A stretch of DNA of 48,421 nucleotides, from NCBI GenBank assembly GCA_026025075.1, contig JAPEUI010000121.1, positions 1 to 48,421 on the forward strand. The letters run 5' to 3'. Below are positions 12,593-21,283 of this stretch, piece after piece. Each line of letters opens with the position of its first letter. Within the stretch, counting starts at the first letter, position 1. Made by a program: the position numbers and the translations under genes. The notes beneath the pieces were generated by a model that saw only the letters and a program-made list of their open reading frames with translations, was not told where the DNA came from and made no database searches. This DNA comes from Vezdaea acicularis (taxonomy: Eukaryota).

Positions 12593-14554
12593 CTACACTT
12601 CGAAGATCTCACCAACACCAACCCCGCCCCCACCGCCCCGCCTCATCTCGACCAGATCTACCCTCCAGCCCTCCCAATCCTTCAAGCCTCTCTTCAGTTC
12701 CCTCACGCGCTCGACCCGCTTCCGGGCTTCTTCCTCGTGCGCCATGCGAAACGCCTCCTCGTCGAACCCATCATCGTCGTCGTCGTCGTCCTCCTCGGCG
12801 ACGTCGCGCTCGCGCTCGCGCGCCACGCCACCTCCACCCGTCAAGGCGGTGAGTCCGCTGTTGAGAACATCCGTGAATGTATTCGGTGCTTTGGCCATAC
12901 TTCCGCGGCGTGGAGACGGCCCAAGATCAACATCGTCAAAATCCCGCGCCCCCGGGCTGCCCAGTCCTCCGGTGCCGCCTTGAAGTTCCTGCCGTTTTTC
13001 TCGCCACAACCCTCTTCGAAGGTCGAAGACCTCCGCCTCAAGGCCCCGTACTTTGCTTTGCAACCGCTTTCGCTCCTCATCCTCAAGCTCGTCCACTCCT
13101 TCGTCATCAATCCCTTGTGTCTCTCGTTTGCTCCATCGAGCCTTCTCTTCCTTGAGACCGAGATTCTCGTTCTGCATAGCCGCCAGCCGCTTACGAAGCT
13201 CGGCGGCCTCTCTCTCGAAACGGTCCCGTTCGCGCGATCGCGCCTGAGACCGTGTATCCGACTCTCGATGCAATGTTGTCAGTGTGTTGATCTTCTTTTC
13301 GAGCGCCTGACATTTGATCCGCAGATCTTCCTGAACCTTCTTCCCCTCTGAGACTTCTCTCTCGAGGCTCCTGATCTGGGTCTCCGCAGATGTTCGCTCG
13401 CCACCTTCCTTGATGGCCCTTTCGCTAGCTCTTTCGAGATTCTTTCGGAGATCAGCAAGTTCTTTTCGTGATGAATCGGCTGCCTTTCGGCTCTTTGCTA
13501 GTTGCTCTTCGAGAGCTTCCACTTGCTCTGTATGGGCAGTGGAGGCGGATGAATTTTTAGTCAATTGAGCTCGAAGATTGGATATCTCCATTTCCATCGT
13601 CTCGATCGTGGTGGACTTGGACTCAAGCGCAGCTACCAGATCTGATGGCGAATTCAGATTGGCTTGGCTGGGTGAAGAGGCATGCCTCGCTTTCGAGGCA
13701 CTCTGTAGATGTGAATTTTGACGCTGTAACGCGGCGACCTCTGATTTCTATCACGATCAACGGGTAAGCTGGATCCCATCAATGCGTAAGATTGCAAGAA
13801 GTACCCACAAATTTCTCAATCTCGCTCTCCTGACTTTGCACCTTGTCTGCGCGCTCCCTTAGACTCTTCATGTCCCCCTTTACCACCCTTAGCTCCTCAA
13901 GCTCTTCTTCAGTCCTCAGCCACCGCGCTTCACCTTCCTTACAATCCCTTTCCAGTCGCCTGTTCTCTTTCTCTAGCTCTTCAATACGTAGAGCTTGCTT
14001 CCGGTATATCTCCGGCATGGTCTCTCCATTCGGGCTTATGGGTGGTAATGTTGGCGACTTGATATTCCCAGCGGATGGAGATAAAGGGGGTTGCGTGAGG
14101 GATGCACGACGGAATGAGGAAGATCGCATCTTCGACTGAACGGAAAGGGACGGCTGTCGCGCATGAGAAGATCTGTTTGAAGGCTCGGTTTCCACAGACT
14201 GTGATTCTCCGCTCTCTGATATGTCCGATTCCCTAGGAGCAGTGCCCTTAGAACCATCGGAAGCTTCTTTCACCTCTTCCGAGGGCTTCTCGTCTCCCTT
14301 GGGTGGTACAGGCTCCACATCGTCCTTGATATCCTCCTTCTTAGCGCTCGCTTTTTTGGCCTTTTGCTTCTTTAATTGTTCGAACTGCGTAATCAGATCA
14401 GCCAGAGAGAACTTGCTTCGTGGGCTTACTAGATCCAGTCTATGATCAAGCACAGAAGGGACATAGAAGCAGGTTAAAGCAAAGGGCGGAGCTATACCTT
14501 TTTCTTGGCCGCTGCGAGCTTCTCCGCCTTTTCTTTGTCTTCCGCATCCGTCAT
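12593..14554 (-). CDS. Coiled-coil protein, probable GM130/Bug1-like golgin, ~595 aa; exons 14554-14498, 14384-13809, 13747-12593
   Basis: Start MTDAEDKEKAEKLAAAKKK|FEQLKKQK; two phase-0 introns (14385-14497, 13748-13808); long heptad-rich helices; hydrophobic C-terminus GEIFEV-stop. Gene structure is firm; the golgin call is inference. Confidence 0.8.
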
Positions 14555-14861
14555 GCTGAAAACGCTTTAATGCAGATTGGAATCAAAGGAAACCCGGTCT
14601 GTTCTCTTTCTCTCCTAAGTCCTTTAATTAGTTTGAGGGTTGGCAGGTGCAATGTGGTTTCTACGTCGGTGCCGCGAAAGGGCTACCGTAGAGGAACTTT
14701 CCGAGCCATCTGCAGGCGCCGTGTCGCCCGCTTTCCTCCCCAACTTCATTACAATTCTCGCAGATCTTCTCTCTGTGTATGACCGCTTCTACCTTGCCCG
14801 AGAGTACATATTCTTCGTTGAGAGACTATTTATATGGTGGGCTTAGACTTCTACTAGGGTC

Positions 14862-15350
14862 ATGTCTTCCAAAGACCTCTTCTCTGCGCACCCAAATCTC
14901 AAGCTTCACTTGACGGATGTCACAACTTTTCCTATCCTTAGCAGTGCGAAGAACAGCAATGAAACAGCATCTTTGACAACACTCACAACAACATTCACAA
15001 ATGCTCACGTGTCCATTCGGCGTCTAGGCCTCGGAGAGTTAAATCGCATTACTGTACGGAAAAAGGACGGTGGTGGCATAGTGCAAAGCTATATCGATGT
15101 GCCGCCAACAGAGTCTTCAAGTGTTGAGCTTGAAGAAGTTGAAGAAGGGACCGACGAAGCAGAAGTAGAGCCGCAAAGTATTCCAGCGATGGTGGCCACA
15201 GCGGTAGCCTCGCGAAATCAAAGGATGGCAGAAGCTCGTACCGCTGTTAAGAAGCTAGAACTCCTAGGGAGAGGTGTGCAAGATGAATGGATCAAGGAAC
15301 ATAAGCCGTTAGAGCAAGAGGTTGAGGATACCCAAGAGAACGGGGCATAG
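14862..15350 (+). CDS. 162-aa intronless protein, candidate LAMTOR3/MP1-like roadblock protein
   Basis: Clean ATG ORF, head-to-head with the coiled-coil gene. Pattern F..A.....RLGL......I.......IVQ....MVATAVAS resembles LAMTOR3 as recalled from memory. Confidence 0.7.
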   Translation: MSSKDLFSAHPNLKLHLTDVTTFPILSSAKNSNETASLTTLTTTFTNAHVSIRRLGLGELNRITVRKKDGGGIVQSYIDVPPTESSSVELEEVEEGTDEAEVEPQSIPAMVATAVASRNQRMAEARTAVKKLELLGRGVQDEWIKEHKPLEQEVEDTQENGA

Positions 15351-17373
15351 TCAATCATGAATGATACAAAGGATAGGCGATCAACCTTAAGAGGGAACCC
15401 GACGAGGACCTTGCCAGCGACTTTAGAACTATTAGGGAATAATGGCTTTTGCAACATTTCGCCCACAACCATCTCTGGTGAGGAGACGTGCCCTCATTCT
15501 CGTGATCAGTTGGCACAGCTCACAGCTTCAAGGAGTTGCAATGAAATGAAGCTAAGGCGTGGAATACATTGGCGGCTTCATTTTGACATCGGAGAATCTC
15601 AGTGATATGTGCCCATGGTGACGTCTCCGAGCTCTCTCTGCTCATGCGTCCATGGATAAAAGCGTATGCATCGGTTGCGATACAAGTTCTCTACTCCAGC
15701 CACAGCGATCGTCCCACAGCAAAGAGCAAATCGGCTTTCGTAAAGCTATCCTGAATGTCGTAAGAATAGGTTATGGCCACCCAGGTAGCCCCCAGGTCAA
15801 ACCACAATTGAAGAATAACCTCTAGAAATACAAATAAGACCACAGCAGCTCGCTTAGAAAAAGGAGGAATTGAAGAGAATATGGTAGTTGACGATAGAGT
15901 TGCGAGGGCTTGATTCTGAGGCGTCAAGCCGAGGTAGGGTAGTGCAGATGTCGGAGTGGAATATTCGCCCTTGTGTTGTTACTGCTGATGGCATGAGAGA
16001 GCAACGGGACTCGTCCCACCCGAAGCCCCACTCCCACACCAATTACAGTCAAGGCGCAGGTAGCACATATGGCTGTGCACTTCTGTCTGATGGTGTCTCG
16101 AACTATCATCCCCATAAGATGGTTCCTCAGACGGGCTGCAATCTCATTCGGAACGTGGGTAAAGAGCTACTTGTAGTTCCGCATTGCACCATAATGATCG
16201 CAGCAGGCGGTGCACGTGGTTGTGAGTCCACTGATATGACATCCTGAGCCTGTAGATGAGTTATAGATTAGGATAACAGAGAAAGCAAGGTCCAACATCA
16301 CTGCTTCAGCTGGAAGCTCTTGCGCAATGCCAACACACTATCTCGGAGGTGTCTGTAGGCAACCCTGTCTCGAGCGGTGCAACGATTAATGTTTAAAAAA
16401 CGTTATCCGTCCGTAGTAAATCCTCTTCCTTATGGGTTCCCGGATAGTCTCCGAAGCCCGACATGCGCTCTACTAAACAGGGTCGCAGCTGATAAGATCG
16501 GGATTGAACTGCCCGGGCTTGACATCAGTCTCTCTGCAAACAAAGGCTACATGGCAGGGGCTCCGTACTGCGTCGATGGCGTGAAACCCTCTGACTCCCC
16601 ATTCCCGTGTGGAGTAAGTTGGCGACGCGTAGACCATCGGGCTCGGTTGGAGGGTCTGACATGTGAGACTCTATTTAATTAAGGGCAACTCAAATCCTGG
16701 TTGACTTTGACCTTGAGTGCACTACTTAGTGCTTAACTGCTCAAGCTTTTGCACTCCCCAATCAAATATTGCAATCGTGATGAGGATGCATGATAAGGAA
16801 TGCGCCACCCGTTCTGCCTTGCACCAAAGCGTCACCTCCCTTTAGGACTACAGTATCAAAAGCCAAGGCCACGAATCCAGCCCTCCTGACGACGTCTCGA
16901 CCGTCATGTGGGCATAATCGCCGCAGGACAAGGTCCACCCTTTATGTTTTCGTAGAGTAAAGCCTTGAACGACATTGTATCAGTATCAGATCATCCCCGA
17001 AAGGTCGATGCAGCCTTGCATACTGGCGTGCCGGCGGTAGGCTTGACATAGGGCGCGGAGGTCGGCGAGAAGCGGTAGCGACGCGTCATATGAAGCTTAA
17101 ACCATCTGATGGGACTTTTCATTCGCTGGGCGCGCCGATTCGCGTGCCCCACTTTTACGAAAGCCTCACGCTGGGTGATGCAGGTTAGGGCTCCTTGGGG
17201 GCGCAGTCTTGCGCTTTGAAAACCCATCAAAGATCCGCAGCCATAACAAGAATGCTTTCACTGCTTGAACTAAAGTGTCCCATTCCTTAGTTTCAACTTC
17301 CTGTGAAGACAATGTGATTCTTAATAGTTTTATTAAGTACTCCTCTTGCTATTGATGCTACTCCACAAGCGAG

Positions 17374-19293
17374 ATGGGGAAAAGTCGCCAGAACCGCAAT
17401 GCTGTGCGAGGCCTCTACAACCTTTGGAGGTCCCCCTTGGTAATGGTGGACCCTTCCACCATGCCAGGGGCTGGGGAGAAAAGTGATCTCAAAGAACAGC
17501 CGGCTCTTGCAGAAGCACTGTCGAGCAAAGAGATCCATGAAAAGGCGCGAATGGTTGCACTGTCAACGCAACAGCAGAAAGACCTGCGATTGGTAGCTGA
17601 CAGGGGACGACAGATGCTCGAAGATCGGAAAGCTGCGCGTGAGGAAGCCCCAGACCTTGAAGATATAGAAAAACCTAGGGAATCTTCTCAACCTCAACAA
17701 GATCTGTCGTCCTTTGCAACCCCGGAACGGTTTATGACAGATGGTTCAGCGGTGGACACGCTGCCACTTTACTCCCCAGTCCATTCACATGAAGCGCCCA
17801 TTACAAGGCGCGATGTCATCGAAGAGGTTCTCGAGCCTAGTTCAACCGCATCAACCAAGAAAGAGGGGGCCTCGATTTACCATATCTACCATACTGGGAC
17901 TAAACACTTAAGCTTCTCGATACATTGGACACCGGATAGCGCCATCCCTCTACCCCAGATTGACGATCCGAATGCTCCGAATTACGTCGAAGATGAGAAA
18001 CTGCAGAACTACCAACCCGCAGCTATGAAGAGATGGTTCAAGTTTGGCAAGTCCACCTCTGTCGTCAAGGGGCATCGGTGCGTGACACGTGCTCGAACGA
18101 TTGATAGACCGAAGTTTGATAAGCGCATGGAGACATCGCCTTACTATGTTCAACAACCCTCACTGGGCTCGTATTACCCGCCCCTTGTACTTCGACGAGG
18201 AGGTAGCTGGACGGCGCCTCCGGCATGCTTGATCCACCACTCTATGTTCTGGGCTAGCTACAAGATTGAGCTCGGAGACGTATTAGCTCAAGATGGTGTT
18301 ATTGACGGGAGAGGTGTTGTTGGTCGAATGCACGGCACCAAGAATGGTAAAGACGGCACGCTGAGAGGCTATGAATTTAAGAAGAAGCGATCTCGCGGTG
18401 ATACCGGGAAGAAATGGCATCAAGCGGAAAAGGAAAGACGTCTTGCCCTCAAGGCCGAAGGAAAGTCGTTCTGGCCCGAAAAAGAGGAGGCTAGACCTTT
18501 GAGACCTGAGGAGGTGGTTACATTACGCTGGTCTCTTGGTCGTGGCATCAATGTACGCAAATATCACTTCAGGTGGGGCGGGGTTGATTTCTACTGGAAA
18601 GGCACTGCAACGGTTCGGGACGACAAGACTATGGGTGTCTTGGCCGGCTACTCCCATCTCAAGCTCGTCGCAGTCATTCCTCAAGACCCCGGCCACACGG
18701 AAGGCACAAAGAAACGGAAGACCGCTGAGATACGACTCGCTTCTTATACTTCTCTTGTGGCACACCGTAAGGCTGGTCGGCTCGAAGTATTCGACGAGGT
18801 TGTCAATCAGTTCATTGCGGATCATATCGAAAGCGGGATGACCCAGCTCCCTGAGGAAAAGGAGGCGCCTGAGAGTAAGGGGATGCTTGAAAAAGGTGAA
18901 GGACTCGAGGAGAAGGAGATACCTGAGAAAGAGGAGACTTACAAGGATATAGAGGTGTCTGGGGATGCAGAGATAGTTAAGAAAGAGGTGGCTGAAAAAA
19001 AAGAAATAGTTGAGGAAAACGAGGTACTTGAGCAGACAGAAAGAGTTAAGGAGCAAGATGTCCGTGAGAAAGATCGAATACTTGGGGTGGGGGAAATGCT
19101 CAAGGAGAGGAAGCGGTCCGAGGGGGAAGCGGCTCCGGAAGCGGCTTCGGAAGCGGACAAGCTGCGAGAAAAGCTCCGGACGAGGATGCGAGACCTGATA
19201 GTTGCGACGGTGATATGCATGCTCCGGCAAGAGGCTGCGAAACGGGAGTTTGTCCTCGATATGATCCTTGAGGCAGCACAGAACGCACAGTAG
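17374..19293 (+). CDS. Uncharacterised intronless protein, up to 639 aa (start may be a downstream Met at 17443 or 17461)
   Basis: Long ORF with an aromatic/beta-rich core (YHIYH, YHFRWGGVDFYWKGT, HLKLVA, GRLEV), a Glu/Lys-rich insert and a terminal hydrophobic helix LIVATVICML. Confidence 0.8.
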   Translation: MGKSRQNRNAVRGLYNLWRSPLVMVDPSTMPGAGEKSDLKEQPALAEALSSKEIHEKARMVALSTQQQKDLRLVADRGRQMLEDRKAAREEAPDLEDIEKPRESSQPQQDLSSFATPERFMTDGSAVDTLPLYSPVHSHEAPITRRDVIEEVLEPSSTASTKKEGASIYHIYHTGTKHLSFSIHWTPDSAIPLPQIDDPNAPNYVEDEKLQNYQPAAMKRWFKFGKSTSVVKGHRCVTRARTIDRPKFDKRMETSPYYVQQPSLGSYYPPLVLRRGGSWTAPPACLIHHSMFWASYKIELGDVLAQDGVIDGRGVVGRMHGTKNGKDGTLRGYEFKKKRSRGDTGKKWHQAEKERRLALKAEGKSFWPEKEEARPLRPEEVVTLRWSLGRGINVRKYHFRWGGVDFYWKGTATVRDDKTMGVLAGYSHLKLVAVIPQDPGHTEGTKKRKTAEIRLASYTSLVAHRKAGRLEVFDEVVNQFIADHIESGMTQLPEEKEAPESKGMLEKGEGLEEKEIPEKEETYKDIEVSGDAEIVKKEVAEKKEIVEENEVLEQTERVKEQDVREKDRILGVGEMLKERKRSEGEAAPEAASEADKLREKLRTRMRDLIVATVICMLRQEAAKREFVLDMILEAAQNAQ

Positions 19294-20671
19294 GGACATT
19301 TTGCTTCGACTCTGCATGGGATGGTGCTAGGAGATGACGCCCAAACGTTGCTGACCGTTTCTTTGTCTATTATTGGGGATGATATTAGTCATAGTCTGGG
19401 GTTATCTTTCTTCTAATTGGAGTTTGCTTGTGATAATATTTGTTTGGCGCCAGAGGCATCTCAGAGGAAGGACAGATTTGACGAGGGGAGGCGTTCAGGG
19501 CGCCAGGAAGAACAGCCCTGGGGTAGTGGTACGGGCAGGGAGCGGCGCTTATGAATAATATACCCAGCAAGCTAGGATGCACTTTACTTGAGACCGAACG
19601 CTCAGACAATTTATAAAAATCTTTCCATGACTGGGACTGTTGTACGGCCATCATGTGACCGCGCAGCCGTATGATGGTAAGCAATATGGACTTTTGAAGG
19701 AGAACCCGGGAACTGCATCGACGTTGTCCTGCCGCCGCTTTGCAGCACGAGCGACTCTTAAGGGGAGGCGGAGAGTTACTCCGGTGAGGACGACCAAGCC
19801 TCGCCCCGTCGAGCAAATTGAAAATGTGCATTGAGAGGAGCTTCTGATGAAGGCGGCACGATAGAGCAGCGCCGTCTTCGTCTCCCCTTAGCCACATCGT
19901 CCCCTCATTCTCTCATGGGCGACTGCTTCGGGAGGTGGACGCGGCGAAAGGGTCGGGCGGTCGGGGTCAGGGATGTGCCAGAAGGAAGGAACGGCGAAAC
20001 GATATAGCCGGGATGACGCTAAGACGAAGACAAGGAGAAAAGAGAAAGAACGAGGTGAGATGCAGCGGGATCCCGGTCTCGCCGTGGGTTTTCGGTGGAC
20101 GGCCGCCTGCAGGTTTCGCAGATTCTCGCCGTCCTCACTGGTCTGGCTGGTCTTGGCTGGCTGGTCTGGAGCTGGAGCAGCTTGGCAGTGCGCTGGATCC
20201 GGCTGCTGGCAATTCCCAACCGCACGGGGCGTCGCGATAAGCCCGTGCGTGCCACACAAATAGTTCCAGCGAGGGAGAGAAATTTGGCGTCCCGACACGA
20301 TGTGGAGCTCACGACTGGTCACGGCACTGCAGGCGCGGGGCCACGTTCGACCCAGAGCTCGTTCCCACGGAGAGCAACCCGGTCGGCTGCGGACGGGGCT
20401 CTTGCACCACAATCTCAGCCCGAATGTGTTTGCTGGCTGCCAAGACGATCACAGCGAACCCGATGCTTCGAATCACGTGCAGATCTCTGGGTTCACGCGG
20501 AGACTGGGAGCGGGTCGAGGCGATGCTGGCGAAAACACGAAACAGCGTCTAAAATTGGGATCGTCGGCCCAGGCGATCGGCAAAGCGGTCCCGAGCAGCC
20601 CCGAGCAGCGACGGAAGGGGAAAGAGGGAGCGTGGGAGGGAAAGAACGGAGGGCTGAGAGCTGCAGGGTCG

Positions 20672-20764
20672 GAGCAGGATCTGGAAGGCGAAGAAGGGTC
20701 GAGCAGGCAGGAACAGAGCAGGAATAGATAGTCCAGAGCAGGAGTCGAGCTGGATCGAGCAGGA
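20672..20764 (+). repeat. Cluster of GAGCAGGA-like octamers upstream of the GT2 gene
   Basis: Exact copies at 20672, 20716, 20736 and 20757; one-mismatch copies at 20701 and 20747. Confidence 0.6.
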
Positions 20765-21283
20765 ATCATCAAGCATGCGGAGCGACGAGACCGTCCCTCC
20801 GCCCTCATCTCCCCTATCAGCCGGCCGTGGGCGCGAGCAGGCCTCTTGGGCGTCGTGGGCGTGCAGGATGCCGTTGCGCTCGCTTGTGTGGAGCTTTATT
20901 GGTTGGCTAACCCGATAAAGCAACGGGCGGGCCGGCGGCTCGCTAGGCAAACTCCATCCGGCTAGCTCCCCTCGTCCGCTCCGATCCACTACTGGTCCCA
21001 GGGGCAGCGCGCAACGCATCTCGTTTCGTGCAGCGGCAGCCCACGCACTTTCGGCTTGCTCCTCAACACTCCCAGGTGGCCGATGGCCCAGTCTCCTAGG
21101 GCCCACTCCAGCCTGAGATATACCCTCCTCGCCCTCCTCCCTCTCAATACTTTGACCCGTACGGCCCTCCCTTCCACCTCACATCGCCCAGCTTCCACTC
21201 GTTTGGCTAGGAGATCGTGAGCTCTCACTGCGTCCGCTCGACTTCTCGTCTGTCATCAGCCGTCGCCGTGCAATCGCTTCGCC

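Noticed and set aside
16777..16889. Box C/D snoRNA candidate (GTGATGA ... CTGA)
   Set aside because: Only a 3-bp terminal stem and no guide I can match to rRNA.
18523..19317. 264-aa hydrophobic antisense ORF (and similarly 12590-13351)
   Set aside because: Mirror of Glu/Lys-rich codons on the coding strand.
19888..21228. Overlapping ORFs upstream of GT2
   Set aside because: Same GC-rich shadow-ORF pattern with no protein-like features.
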